This document shows positions 38,279 to 48,450 of a DNA stretch of 64,000 nt, one piece after another. The notes under the pieces are model-generated. The model had not been told where the DNA came from and did not search any database. It was given only the letters and a program-made list of their open reading frames with translations. Made by a program: the position numbers and the translations under genes. Position 1 is the stretch's first letter, and each line of letters begins with the position of its first letter. This stretch comes from Nitrospirota bacterium. Lineage in GTDB: Bacteria > Nitrospirota > UBA9217. The stretch spans positions 544,001-608,000 of the forward strand of contig CAVTRN010000001.1 in the NCBI GenBank assembly GCA_963737155.1. Direction: 5' to 3'.

Positions 38279-39126
38279 GCGTTGATCAGGAGGGGAAAAA
38301 GTATGTTAAGACCATTGCCGTGGCGAGCGGCAAGGGTGGTGTGGGCAAAACCAACATCACGGCCGGCCTCGCCATCGCCATGCGCAAGCTGGGCAAGAAT
38401 GTCGTCATTCTCGATGCCGATCTCGGTTTGTCCAATATTAATATTCTCCTCAATAAGCATAGTAAATTCAATATTCGCCATTTGCTTGAGGGAAAAGTCG
38501 CGCTCAAGGACATTCTCATAGAAGGCCCTCACGGTATCAAAATTTTGCCCGCGGGGGAGGGCGTCCAGGACCTCACGCGCCTCGATGAGTTCCAGAGACT
38601 CCGGCTTCTCGAAGCCTTTGATTCCTACGATGGCGAAATCGACATTCTGCTTATCGACAACTCGGCGGGCATCTTTGAAAACGTAACTTTCTTCTGCTCA
38701 GCCGCACAGGACATTGTCATAGTCACGACGCCCGAGCCGACCGCCTGGGTCGACGCTTATCACCTGATCAAGGTACTCTACGCCGAGTACCAGGAGAATA
38801 AATTTCACGTGATCGTAAACTCCGTAAAGAACGAGGCTGAGGGACGGCAGGTTTTCGAGACGCTCACGAGGGCTACGGACAGGTTCCTCAATATTTCGCT
38901 GGACTACTTGGGCTATCTTCCCTATGACGAGGACGTCAAGCAGGCCGTCCGTTCCCAGATGGCGTTTATCGACCTCTTCCCGAAGAAATTCATTTCCAAG
39001 TGCGTGGGAGAAATTGCGGCAAAAATACTGGAACGGCCGGAAAAAGTCAAAGGCTCACTCCAGTTTTTTATCGGTAATCTTCTGTCACCATCCGCTAATT
39101 CCGCGCAGGTGGGTTCGCGAGACTGA
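38263..39126 (+). CDS. flhG: MinD-like ATPase FlhG/FleN
   Basis: SGKGGVGKT, DADLGLSN, VTTPEPT; start may be 38272. Confidence 0.93.
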   Translation: MPGMLSVDQEGKKYVKTIAVASGKGGVGKTNITAGLAIAMRKLGKNVVILDADLGLSNINILLNKHSKFNIRHLLEGKVALKDILIEGPHGIKILPAGEGVQDLTRLDEFQRLRLLEAFDSYDGEIDILLIDNSAGIFENVTFFCSAAQDIVIVTTPEPTAWVDAYHLIKVLYAEYQENKFHVIVNSVKNEAEGRQVFETLTRATDRFLNISLDYLGYLPYDEDVKQAVRSQMAFIDLFPKKFISKCVGEIAAKILERPEKVKGSLQFFIGNLLSPSANSAQVGSRD

Positions 39127-39158
39127 ACATGAAAATTTAGCAGCCGAGAGGACAATCC

Positions 39159-39896
39159 ATGCAGGATTATAGGATAGAAACGACCGAGCAGGAGAAGGAA
39201 AAGATCATTAATGATTCTCTTCCCTTTATCAAATATACGGCCTACCGGCTTGCGCAACGGCTGCCGCCCCAGCTGTCGGTCCAAGACCTTATCAGCGTGG
39301 GGGTCATGGGCCTGCTAGACGCCCTCCAACGCTATACTGAGGGACGGGCCAAACTCAACACCTTCGTGGAGCATCGCATAAGGGGCGCTATGCTCGATGA
39401 GCTGCGGTCCCATGACTGGGTACCGCGATCCATAAAGACAAAGATCGGCCAGATCAAAAAAGCCCATCGCGATCTCGAAAGAGACCTTGGCCGAATGCCC
39501 TCTGCGGAGGAAATCGCCGAAAGGCTCTCGATCTCGCTGGACGAATATTACCGAACAATCCAGAATGCGAGCAACGCGGTCGTTTTCAGCTTTGAGGATT
39601 TCCGTGACGGGATGGGCGAGGAAAGCGACATGAATGTAATGGAATGCATCCCCGACCCGGACATGAAAACGCCCCTCCAGCTCCTGGAGGAAGCCAGCGC
39701 GAAGGAAGCTCTTTCCCACGTCATAGAACGTCTGCCCGAAAAGGAAAAAATAATTCTTTCGCTCTATTATTGGGAGGAACTCACGATGAAGGAAATCGGC
39801 AAGGTGATGAACCTGACCGAGGGGCGTGTTTGCCAGATCCACAACCAGGCGCTTATCAGATTGAAAGCTCAGATGATTATGCCGGTCCACCAGTAG
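39159..39896 (+). CDS. fliA: RNA polymerase sigma28 FliA
   Basis: RIRGAMLDELRS.DWVPRS, LYYWEELTMKEIG.V..LTEGRVCQIH. Confidence 0.96.
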   Translation: MQDYRIETTEQEKEKIINDSLPFIKYTAYRLAQRLPPQLSVQDLISVGVMGLLDALQRYTEGRAKLNTFVEHRIRGAMLDELRSHDWVPRSIKTKIGQIKKAHRDLERDLGRMPSAEEIAERLSISLDEYYRTIQNASNAVVFSFEDFRDGMGEESDMNVMECIPDPDMKTPLQLLEEASAKEALSHVIERLPEKEKIILSLYYWEELTMKEIGKVMNLTEGRVCQIHNQALIRLKAQMIMPVHQ

Positions 39897-39965
39897 GCTA
39901 CCACGAGGCTTTCCCCATGAATTGCAGATTGAATGTCCTCGTGTTTTCCTGCCAGTTGATGGGGC

Positions 39966-39992
39966 TAAAGAATTTCTGCAAATGAACGATAA
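39966..39992 (+). promoter_or_regulatory. Sigma28-like promoter of the chemotaxis operon
   Basis: TAAA-N15-AACGATAA upstream of the HEAT gene. Confidence 0.6.
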
Positions 39993-40014
39993 GAATACCA
40001 CAGAGGGCCTGCGT

Positions 40015-41865
40015 ATGATGCCGAATGAAGAACTTGCCACGATAATACAAAATCTTTCCGATACCGATTCTTCGATGCGCCGCACCGCTGCTGAAGCCTT
40101 GTCCAACGCCGATGAGCGGGCGATCTATCCCCTCATCCTTCTGCTTTATGACGACAATGCAGGCGTTCAGGATGCGGCTATACGGTCCCTGGTCGCAATC
40201 GGCGGCAAAGTAACGGCATATATGACGTTGCCCCTCCTGCGGGAAGGACCGTTGGTCAGAAACGCTGCTCGTTTAATCTTGCGCCAGATCGGCCACCCAT
40301 CGGTCACATTTCTGCGATCCCTTCTCAGAGACAAGGATGATGATATCCGCACCTTTGCCGTCGATCTTATCGCCGAGATCGGCTCTTGCGACTATGCTGA
40401 CGAGATCGTACGCTTGCTCGAAACGGACCCCAACCAGAATGTCAGAGCTTCAGCGGCGCGAACGCTGGGAGCGCTCGATTACCGGCCCGGCCTGCCGGCG
40501 CTCACGGCCTCGCTCCGCGATAGTGAGTGGGTCTGCTTCTCAAGTCTCGAAGCGCTGGCTTTAATGAAAGACGAAGCATCCGTGGACCCCATTCTGGCCC
40601 TTCTGGGTAACCCTTCGGAGGCGCTTCGATATGCCGCCATCGAGGCGCTGGGAAAGATTGGCTCCCCACGGTCGAGCGCACCGCTCATCGCCTACCTCAC
40701 GAAGGCGAACGGCATGGAAAAAAATGCCATTGTCAGAAGCCTCGTCCAGATCGGCATGACGCCCACCATTGCGGAAGTCGCCGATGTGCTCATGGAAATG
40801 TTTTCTAACGGCGAGTGGGAAGAACGTCTGGTTGCACTCGCTGGCTTGTCGGATCTGAAATATAAACGGGCTATCCCGGTCATCTTTAATGCCGTTGGCA
40901 CGCTGGATCTGTCGGACCCCGAAAATGAGGAGCACCTGTTGACGGTGAAGCAGGCCCTCCTGAAATTCGGATGCACGCCTGCTTTTCTCTCGGTTCTCTC
41001 CGATCCGGGCGTTAAGTTTCGCGGAAAAGTCCTTGCCGCCGAAATTGTCGGCGAGCTTCGGTACGCCGAAGCGGTTCCGGCGCTCATCGGTCTGCTTTCC
41101 GTCGATTTGCGCGATGTGAGACGCGCGGCCGTACTGGCGCTTGCAACTATCGGGGGCGACGAGGCGCTTACCGTGCTGCGGACATGTATCGACGACCGCG
41201 ACGGACACGTGCGGAGCGCCGCTATTTCCGAATTGGGCAGGATAGGCGATCTGCAGTCCTCCGAACACCTCCTGCGTCATATCGATGTTGAAAACTACCA
41301 CGATGTCCTCGAGGAAACCGTCAAGGCACTCCTGCTGATCGATGCGCAGCAGCTCTTTTCCCATCTGACGGCGCTGTCTTCCAGAGTGAGGGAGATTGTC
41401 GCGCGCTATGCGGGGGATGCCGATGTTCTTCTCGCCCTTTCGCGGGAGCCTGAGGTGGACATCCGTGTGGCCGCGCTGGTGAGTCTCGCCAGGCTGCGGG
41501 ATGAACGAAGCCGAAAACGCCTGTCCGAAGCGCTCAGCGATGATAGCCCGGAAGCGCGAAAGGCTGCGGTCATCGCCCTCGGTTCTTTAAACGCTGGAAT
41601 CGACGAGTTTAGCAAAGCCCTGGGAGACAAGGACATGTGGGTACGGCTCTATGCCGTCAAAATGCTGGGGGAGTCGCAGGACGCCCGGGCCTCTTCGCTT
41701 GTCATTCACCTTCTCTCGGATGCGGAAGTTCCCGTTATTCTCTCAGCAATCGACGCTCTTCTGCAGCTGGGCGGAAGTGAAATGGCTGCAATTGGCGCGT
41801 TAAGGAACCACCGCGACGAGCAGGTACGTGAACGGGTATCGCAGGTTTTGGAGCCTTTATGCTGA
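40015..41865 (+). CDS. HEAT/PBS-lyase repeat protein heading the che operon
   Basis: Repeated L.D.D..VR..A..ALG units; start moved downstream of the sigma28-like site. Confidence 0.88.
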   Translation: MMPNEELATIIQNLSDTDSSMRRTAAEALSNADERAIYPLILLLYDDNAGVQDAAIRSLVAIGGKVTAYMTLPLLREGPLVRNAARLILRQIGHPSVTFLRSLLRDKDDDIRTFAVDLIAEIGSCDYADEIVRLLETDPNQNVRASAARTLGALDYRPGLPALTASLRDSEWVCFSSLEALALMKDEASVDPILALLGNPSEALRYAAIEALGKIGSPRSSAPLIAYLTKANGMEKNAIVRSLVQIGMTPTIAEVADVLMEMFSNGEWEERLVALAGLSDLKYKRAIPVIFNAVGTLDLSDPENEEHLLTVKQALLKFGCTPAFLSVLSDPGVKFRGKVLAAEIVGELRYAEAVPALIGLLSVDLRDVRRAAVLALATIGGDEALTVLRTCIDDRDGHVRSAAISELGRIGDLQSSEHLLRHIDVENYHDVLEETVKALLLIDAQQLFSHLTALSSRVREIVARYAGDADVLLALSREPEVDIRVAALVSLARLRDERSRKRLSEALSDDSPEARKAAVIALGSLNAGIDEFSKALGDKDMWVRLYAVKMLGESQDARASSLVIHLLSDAEVPVILSAIDALLQLGGSEMAAIGALRNHRDEQVRERVSQVLEPLC

Positions 41866-42677
41866 ATGCGGTATTGCCCGATCCGGTCTTCAAACAGCTC
41901 CGGGACTTCATCTACGAGAAGAGCGGCATTTTCATAACGGATGCCAAAAAATACCTAGTAGAGAAGAAACTGGCGACGCGGCTTCAGGAAAAGAACCTGA
42001 GCAGCTACGACGACTACCTTCGCCTGCTCAAATTCGGCGGTGCTGGCGACGAATTGATGAAGTTGTTCGACGCTATCACGACCAATGAAACTTATTTTTT
42101 CCGGGAGCCGCAGCAGCTGCAGGTCTGTGTTGACAACGTCGTGCCTCAGATTCTGGACCAAAAGAAAACCAAGGATATAAAGATATGGTCCGCAGCATGC
42201 TCCACCGGGGAAGAGGCATATACACTAATCATGATGCTCATGGAGAAGCACATCTGCAGCCGCATCGAAGTGGTTGCATCTGACATCAGCAATGAAGTGC
42301 TGGAATCCGCGAAAAAGGCAGTCTACGGCTCCTACTCCATGAGAAACGTTCAGGAACCGTACCTGAAAAAGTATTTCAGGAGCAACGGCTGGACCCACGA
42401 GCTGGATACGGTCGTGAAAAGTATCGTCCGGTTCATGAACATCAATCTCATCGACCCCGGCAAGATGCGGACCATCCAGAGCGTTGATGTGATTTTCTGC
42501 CGGAACGTGCTAATTTATTTCGATGACAAAGCAAAGCAGAAGGCCGTTTCGATGCTATTCGACAGTCTGAGGCCTGGCGGCTTTCTATTCATCGGCTCGT
42601 CGGAAAGTCTCCACAACGTTACGCGGGCCTTTAAGCCCGTTGTATTCAACAAAGTTGTGGCCTATCAAAGGGTGTGA
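41859..42677 (+). CDS. cheR: Chemotaxis methyltransferase CheR
   Basis: ITTNETYFFRE, IWSAACSTGEEAY, DVIFCRNVLIYFD. Confidence 0.96.
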   Translation: MLNAVLPDPVFKQLRDFIYEKSGIFITDAKKYLVEKKLATRLQEKNLSSYDDYLRLLKFGGAGDELMKLFDAITTNETYFFREPQQLQVCVDNVVPQILDQKKTKDIKIWSAACSTGEEAYTLIMMLMEKHICSRIEVVASDISNEVLESAKKAVYGSYSMRNVQEPYLKKYFRSNGWTHELDTVVKSIVRFMNINLIDPGKMRTIQSVDVIFCRNVLIYFDDKAKQKAVSMLFDSLRPGGFLFIGSSESLHNVTRAFKPVVFNKVVAYQRV

Positions 42678-42680
42678 CAT

Positions 42681-43079
42681 ATGAAAATACTGATCGTGGA
42701 TGACGATTCAACCACTCGCAAGCTCCTTGGCCTCTATCTCAGGGCCAAAGGGTACGAAGTCGCCTACGCCGAAAACGGCCTAGACGGCATCGAGAAGCTG
42801 GGATCGGAGAATCCAAACCTGATCATCTCCGACCTCAACATGCCCTATATGGACGGGATTGAGTTCGTCAAGAACGTACGCGCTGATCAGATCCATAAGG
42901 AAATCCCGATCCTGATGATCACCACCGAGGCTGATCCCGAGGAGCGGGAGCGAGCCCTGTCCGTCGGTGTCAACGGCTATCTGGTCAAGCCCGTAACAGC
43001 CGAAGGAGTTACTCAGAATATCCGACATATTTTGAAGAATATGTTTACACAAGGAGGAAATTCCCATGCCCGATTATAA
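42681..43079 (+). CDS. Single-domain CheY-like response regulator
   Basis: [25 protein letters not shown]. Confidence 0.88.
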   Translation: MKILIVDDDSTTRKLLGLYLRAKGYEVAYAENGLDGIEKLGSENPNLIISDLNMPYMDGIEFVKNVRADQIHKEIPILMITTEADPEERERALSVGVNGYLVKPVTAEGVTQNIRHILKNMFTQGGNSHARL

Positions 43080-43458
43080 GATGAAAATTATGGTGGTCGA
43101 TGACTTTTCGACGATGCGACGCATCGTAAAGAATGTTTTGAAGCAGCTAGGGTTTGAAAACATCGAGGAAGCCGAGGACGGGGCCCAGGCCTTCGCGAAA
43201 TTGAAGACTGGCGGCTTTGGTTTCATGGTCTCTGACTGGAATATGCCGAACATGGACGGGCTCGACCTCCTGAAAGCCGTGCGGAAGGACCCTGATCTGA
43301 AGAGCCTGCCGATCCTCATGGTCACTGCCGAGGCCGAAAAGCACAAAGTCGTTACGGCAATACAGGCCGGTGTCAATAATTATGTGGTGAAACCGTTCAC
43401 CGTGGAAGTCTTCAAGGAAAAAATGGACCGTGTATTCGAAAAACTGGGGAAACTGTAA
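43066..43458 (+). CDS. cheY: Chemotaxis response regulator CheY
   Basis: [36 protein letters not shown]. Confidence 0.96.
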   Translation: MPDYKMKIMVVDDFSTMRRIVKNVLKQLGFENIEEAEDGAQAFAKLKTGGFGFMVSDWNMPNMDGLDLLKAVRKDPDLKSLPILMVTAEAEKHKVVTAIQAGVNNYVVKPFTVEVFKEKMDRVFEKLGKL

Positions 43459-43546
43459 CGGCCAGAAACGCATGACAAAGCGATAGCTGTAATCGACGCC
43501 ACATCGTATTCGGCTCCGTCGCCACACAATAGAACAGGGAGGCAAC

Positions 43547-45310
43547 ATGCCCGATGAAATGGAAGAAATAATAGCCGAATTCGTGACTGAATCTGAGGAA
43601 ACCTTGGACAAGGTCGACCCGCTCTTCGTCGAACTCGAGAACAAGGGAGACGACAAGGACATTTTAGACAGGCTGTTCCGAAGCGTTCACACGATCAAGG
43701 GGGCCGCCGGCTTTTTGGGATTCCAGTCCATGGTTGACGTGTCGCACAATGCCGAGAGCATCATGAAGAAGCTCAGGGACGGCGAGATCAAGGTCTCCCG
43801 CCCGCTCATGGACGTGGTCCTGAAGAGCGTGGACATGCTTAGGCTGCTCCTCAGGCATGTCAAGGACAAGGATGGGAAGCAGGAAAACGCGGCCCCCCTC
43901 GTACAGGAGCTTCAGCAGGCACTCGAAGCCGCGCTGTCCGCAAAGCCGGTAAATCTCGGCGCAGGGCAGGATGCAAGCGCCGCCGCTGAAGCCAACATCA
44001 AAATTCTCGAACCGCAGTCCGCGCAGACCGCTCCCGTTGACACAACAGTGCCGTCACCGGTCGCCATAACCCCCGACTCGCCGCTGGAAAAAACAGCGCC
44101 TGAGAAGCAGGAGTCGCTCCAAACCCTCCGCGTGGAGGTAAACAAGATCGACAAGGTCATGGACCTTACCGGCGAGATGGTGCTCGTGCGGAACAGGCTC
44201 CTGAACATTGTGAACGGCCTTGAGCATCGGTACAACGACGACCACGATGTCCAGAGCCTCATCGAAGCGACGTCATTCCTGGACCTAATTACCTCGGACA
44301 TGCAGCTCGGCGTCATGAAAATGAGAATGCAACCCATCGCCAAGGTGTTCAGCAAGTTCCCGCGTCTCGTGCGAGACATCTCCAGTCCCCTTGGCAAAGC
44401 TGTGAACCTCAAGGTGTTCGGTGAGGACACGGAAGTCGACAAGTCGGTGATCGAGCAGATCGGCGATCCCATGGTCCATATCATCCGGAACGCCGTGGAC
44501 CATGGCCTCGAGACGCCGGTCGACCGGCGCGCCAAGGGAAAACCGGAAGCGGGCACCATCACGATCAGCGCATCACAAAAGGGCAGCCAGATCGTGATCG
44601 AAGTGTCCGACGATGGCCGGGGCATCAACATCGACCGGGTGAAGACCAAAGCGCTCGAGAAAAAACTCATCACCGAAGAGGAAGCGGTGCGGATGACTGA
44701 TGAAGCGGCGGTCAACCTCATCTTCCTTCCCGGCTTCTCGACCGCCGAAGTTGCGACCGAGCTGTCAGGCAGAGGCGTGGGCATGGATGTGGTAAAGACA
44801 AACATTTCCAAGCTAAATGGAAGTGTCGAGATCACCACTGCCAAGGAGAGGGGCAGCACTTTCACGATACGAATCCCGCTTACGCTGGCCATCATCCAGA
44901 CCCTGATGGTGCGCAATGGCAAAGCGCGGTATGCAATTCCGCTCGCCCCGGTCGAAGAGACCCTCACGGTCACTGAAAAGGACATTTCCGACATGGGTGG
45001 CTCCGAGGCACTGATCATCAGGGGCAAGGTCTATCCGCTCTTCACGCTCTCCGGCCTGCTCGGCCTAGCTGCTGGGGACAACGGAGTCAGCTGCCGATAT
45101 GCAGTCGTCGTGGCCATCGGCGATAAAAGATTCTGCATCGGCGTTGATGAGCTGCTGGGTCAGGAGGAAGTGGTGATCAAAACTGTTTCGGGCATCAATA
45201 CCTGCTCCTCCTATATTCTCGGTGCGACAATCACCGGCGATGGCAAGGTAGTGTTCATTCTCGACTTGGCCGCAATATCAAAGAGCGCTTTTAGTCTTGT
45301 GACTGCCTAA
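43547..45310 (+). CDS. cheA: Chemotaxis histidine kinase CheA (no evident P2 domain)
   Basis: P1 FRSVHTIKG, RMQP, HIIRNAVDHGLE, GFSTA..SGRGVGMDVVK, IPLTLAI. Confidence 0.96.
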   Translation: MPDEMEEIIAEFVTESEETLDKVDPLFVELENKGDDKDILDRLFRSVHTIKGAAGFLGFQSMVDVSHNAESIMKKLRDGEIKVSRPLMDVVLKSVDMLRLLLRHVKDKDGKQENAAPLVQELQQALEAALSAKPVNLGAGQDASAAAEANIKILEPQSAQTAPVDTTVPSPVAITPDSPLEKTAPEKQESLQTLRVEVNKIDKVMDLTGEMVLVRNRLLNIVNGLEHRYNDDHDVQSLIEATSFLDLITSDMQLGVMKMRMQPIAKVFSKFPRLVRDISSPLGKAVNLKVFGEDTEVDKSVIEQIGDPMVHIIRNAVDHGLETPVDRRAKGKPEAGTITISASQKGSQIVIEVSDDGRGINIDRVKTKALEKKLITEEEAVRMTDEAAVNLIFLPGFSTAEVATELSGRGVGMDVVKTNISKLNGSVEITTAKERGSTFTIRIPLTLAIIQTLMVRNGKARYAIPLAPVEETLTVTEKDISDMGGSEALIIRGKVYPLFTLSGLLGLAAGDNGVSCRYAVVVAIGDKRFCIGVDELLGQEEVVIKTVSGINTCSSYILGATITGDGKVVFILDLAAISKSAFSLVTA

Positions 45311-45324
45311 TCAAGGAGGTTCAT

Positions 45325-46524
45325 GTGCAACAGTATATCGGTTTTCGTCTCAATACCGGTGAATACGGTATTCCGATCACCCGGGTGCGTGAAATCATCA
45401 ATCTGCCCGACATCACCAAGATACCACAGTCTCCATCCTATCTGAGCGGGATAACGAACCTGCGAGGCAGCGTCATTCCCGTCGTTGACCTCAAGGAACT
45501 TATCCATGTCGCTTCGTCCGAACGGGGCGGGACGAAAATCATCGTCATCGCGAGCGGCAGGATAACCTTCGGGCTCCTGGTAGACGGCATCACCGGCGTT
45601 TTGAGCATCGATGAGACCACCATTGAATCCGCGGAAAACCTTCCCCAGGGCCACACGGAGCAGATCGAGGGTGTGGCGAAGCTTGAAGGACGGCTCATCG
45701 TTCTCCTTGATGTCAAGAAGCTGATACCGCTGGACGACATGAGCCTTCTCGAAGACTATGGTCTTGAAAGCAGATCCGAGATGGAAAACGGCACCGTCGA
45801 GGTAACAAGGGCAATACAGACCATGGGCGGCGAAGTGCAGATTCGGGAGATCCTCGAGGCAAAGACCTGTTTTGAAAAGACTAAGAATATCAGCCCCGAT
45901 GACCCGCGTCAGGCGATCCTTGAAGATATCATGTCGTTCATGACGGCGATTTCGGATCGTAATTATGAAAACGCCGATACCGCAATCCAGAATATCGTAA
46001 AGCTGGGACAGGGCGACCTGTTCAAGGAAGTGGGAAAGGTCACGAGAAAGCTGCATGATTCCGTCAGGAGCTTCAAGGAAGCGGTGGATCCGCGACTGAA
46101 GGACATAACCCAGGCGGAAATACCAAACGCCATGGACAAGCTGCAGTTCGTGATAGACAGGACCGAGGAAGCGGCGAACAAGACAATGAGCGTCGTGGAA
46201 AAATACCTTCTTACCCTAGATGATCTTTCTACCCACATCCGGCAGATTCAGGGACCGCCTGAAACGGTCACATTCCTGAAACAGTTCAAGAACGGCCTGG
46301 AAGACGACTTGACGGAGATCCTGACAACCCAGTCTTTCCAGGACCTGACGGGCCAGACGATAAAAAAAGTTATTACGCTGGTGGCTGACATCGAAGCAGA
46401 GCTCGTGCGGCTGGTCACCTCCTTCGGCGTCAAAATCGAAACCGGAACGAATGAGCTGGCAATGGTGGCGGAGAAGGTTTCCCAGTCCGATGTGGACAAC
46501 CTGCTGAAGGACCTTGGATTTTAG
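45325..46524 (+). CDS. CheW-CheZ fusion protein
   Basis: aa about 1-135 CheW (VREII, GITNLRGSVIPVVDL, GLLVD); aa about 230-399 CheZ (GKVTRKLHD, TEEAANKTM, QSFQDLTGQ.IKKV, SQSDVDNLL.DLGF). Confidence 0.88.
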   Translation: MQQYIGFRLNTGEYGIPITRVREIINLPDITKIPQSPSYLSGITNLRGSVIPVVDLKELIHVASSERGGTKIIVIASGRITFGLLVDGITGVLSIDETTIESAENLPQGHTEQIEGVAKLEGRLIVLLDVKKLIPLDDMSLLEDYGLESRSEMENGTVEVTRAIQTMGGEVQIREILEAKTCFEKTKNISPDDPRQAILEDIMSFMTAISDRNYENADTAIQNIVKLGQGDLFKEVGKVTRKLHDSVRSFKEAVDPRLKDITQAEIPNAMDKLQFVIDRTEEAANKTMSVVEKYLLTLDDLSTHIRQIQGPPETVTFLKQFKNGLEDDLTEILTTQSFQDLTGQTIKKVITLVADIEAELVRLVTSFGVKIETGTNELAMVAEKVSQSDVDNLLKDLGF

Positions 46525-46578
46525 CGTGGAAGCATCTGCTTTTTCAAAAAACCGACAGATTTCAAAGGAGAAAACAAC

Positions 46579-46986
46579 ATGGCACTTATCACATGGAACG
46601 ACAATTTGAGCGTCAAGGTCACGGAATTCGATGAGCAGCACAAAAAGCTGATCGGCTTGGTTAATGATCTGCACTCGGCCATGGGCGCGGGCAAAAGCAG
46701 GGAGATCATGGGTTCAGTCTTGACTTCCCTGATCGACTATACGGTAAGCCACTTTGACGCGGAAGAGAAACTCATGCAGAAGCACGGTTATCCCGGTTTT
46801 GTGATGCACAAGGCCGAGCATAATGCGCTCACAAAGCAGGTCTCCGACACCATGGCCCAATTCAAGGAAGGCAAGACTGTTGTTACAATCGAGCTCATGA
46901 CCTTTCTCAAGGACTGGCTGACGAAGCACATCCAGGGCACTGATAAACGATACGGGCCTTTCCTGAACAGCAAGAACATACAGTAG
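46579..46986 (+). CDS. Bacteriohemerythrin
   Basis: DEQHKKL, HFDAEE, HKAEH, WLTKHIQGTD di-iron ligands. Confidence 0.93.
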   Translation: MALITWNDNLSVKVTEFDEQHKKLIGLVNDLHSAMGAGKSREIMGSVLTSLIDYTVSHFDAEEKLMQKHGYPGFVMHKAEHNALTKQVSDTMAQFKEGKTVVTIELMTFLKDWLTKHIQGTDKRYGPFLNSKNIQ

Positions 46987-47030
46987 AGCCAATGGTAGAC
47001 TCAGGGTGCGCTGCAGAATAGGAAACCAAC

Positions 47031-48086
47031 ATGACGGTAAAAGTACTCATTGTAGACGACTCGGCGTTCATGCGCAACGTTATGACAAGTATGCTGTCTT
47101 CGGACGCTGAAATCAAGGTGATCGGAACAGCACGTGACGGCGTGGAGGCTGTAGAAAAAACAGCGCAGCTGAAACCTGATGTGGTCACGATGGACGTCGA
47201 AATGCCGCGCATGGACGGCATTGAGGCGCTCAGGCTCATCATGGACAAGACGCCGGTCCCCGTCATCATGGTCAGCTCACTCACCACCGAGGGGACGCAG
47301 GTGACGCTGGACGCGCTGGAATACGGCGCCGCGGACTTCATCCCCAAAAACCTGTCTGAGCTTTCGATCAACATCGTCAAGATCAAGGCCATGCTGATCG
47401 ACAAGGTCAAGCAAATCGCGCGGAGCAATAAGGTCCGGAAGCCCTATCGCAGGCCCTCCTCCGCCCATCCTGTTCCGCCGGTACGGATCGCCCCTGCGCT
47501 GTCGACGGGCTCGCGCCGCGTCAGCCTGGTTGCCATCGGCACCTCCACAGGCGGACCGCGGGCGATCCAGGAAATCATTCCCCATCTGCCCAAGGATTTT
47601 CCAGTGCCGGTCGTGATTGTCCAACACATGCCACCGAACTTTACGGGGCCTTTTGCGGAGCGGCTGAATCAGCTATCCCAGATTACGGTCAAGGAGGCGC
47701 AAGAAGGAGAATCGCTCAAGGCGGGCGTGGCTCTCGTAGCCCCGGGCCGCGGCCATATGCGCCTGACCCGTCCTAGGGGAATCGATACGGTGGTGTCCAT
47801 CGAGGAACACCACGAAGAGTTCATCTACCGACCCTCCGTCGACTTCCTCATGGCTTCGGTAGCGGAGCTGTTCCCGGGAAGAGCACTCGGTGTGATCCTG
47901 ACCGGCATGGGCAATGACGGCGTCAAAGGTCTCACAGCGCTCAAAAAGAGCGGCGGCAGAATTTTCGCGCAGAATGAGGATACATGCGTGGTCTATGGCA
48001 TGCCCCGCGCCGTTGTGGATGCAGGAATCGCCGATAAGGTACTGGCAATCGAGGAAATGGCGGGCGAGATCATTAATGCTGTTTGA
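47031..48086 (+). CDS. cheB: Chemotaxis methylesterase CheB
   Basis: REC plus GTSTGGP, VQHMP, RPSVD, LTGMGNDG, VVYGMP. Confidence 0.97.
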   Translation: MTVKVLIVDDSAFMRNVMTSMLSSDAEIKVIGTARDGVEAVEKTAQLKPDVVTMDVEMPRMDGIEALRLIMDKTPVPVIMVSSLTTEGTQVTLDALEYGAADFIPKNLSELSINIVKIKAMLIDKVKQIARSNKVRKPYRRPSSAHPVPPVRIAPALSTGSRRVSLVAIGTSTGGPRAIQEIIPHLPKDFPVPVVIVQHMPPNFTGPFAERLNQLSQITVKEAQEGESLKAGVALVAPGRGHMRLTRPRGIDTVVSIEEHHEEFIYRPSVDFLMASVAELFPGRALGVILTGMGNDGVKGLTALKKSGGRIFAQNEDTCVVYGMPRAVVDAGIADKVLAIEEMAGEIINAV

Positions 48087-48151
48087 CGAAAAGTTCAGTC
48101 CTCATCTCAGGAGCAGAGTCGTAACATAGGCTTCGTCGCCAAGGCAACTTT

Positions 48152-48167
48152 TGGCAGAATCCTTGCA
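48152..48167 (+). promoter_or_regulatory. Sigma54 promoter upstream of MCP-cheW
   Basis: TGGCAGAATCCTTGCA, GG-N10-GC. Confidence 0.6.
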
Positions 48168-48450
48168 ACAATAAGAGTAAGTGATTAATGAGATGCAACA
48201 CGTGGAGGACATTTCGCGCAGATAAAATATATAGTCTTTTTCTTGGGTCATAGTGGTATCTGATCGGGAGAAAGCACGGCGCTGTGAGAAAACGATGTCA
48301 GCAGCAAATCATACCTGTCTCAAATGAAAGGAAAATTTTTCTTGTAGCATGCAATGTTTTCCTCTTGAACCCGAGTGCGGCGTGGTGAACGTTTTTTCTG
48401 ATTGACGGATGCGCGCCAGCACCAGCCCGAACACCAAGGAGGTTTTAAAA

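Noticed and set aside
43912-45027. 371-aa minus-strand ORF
   Set aside because: Antisense shadow of cheA
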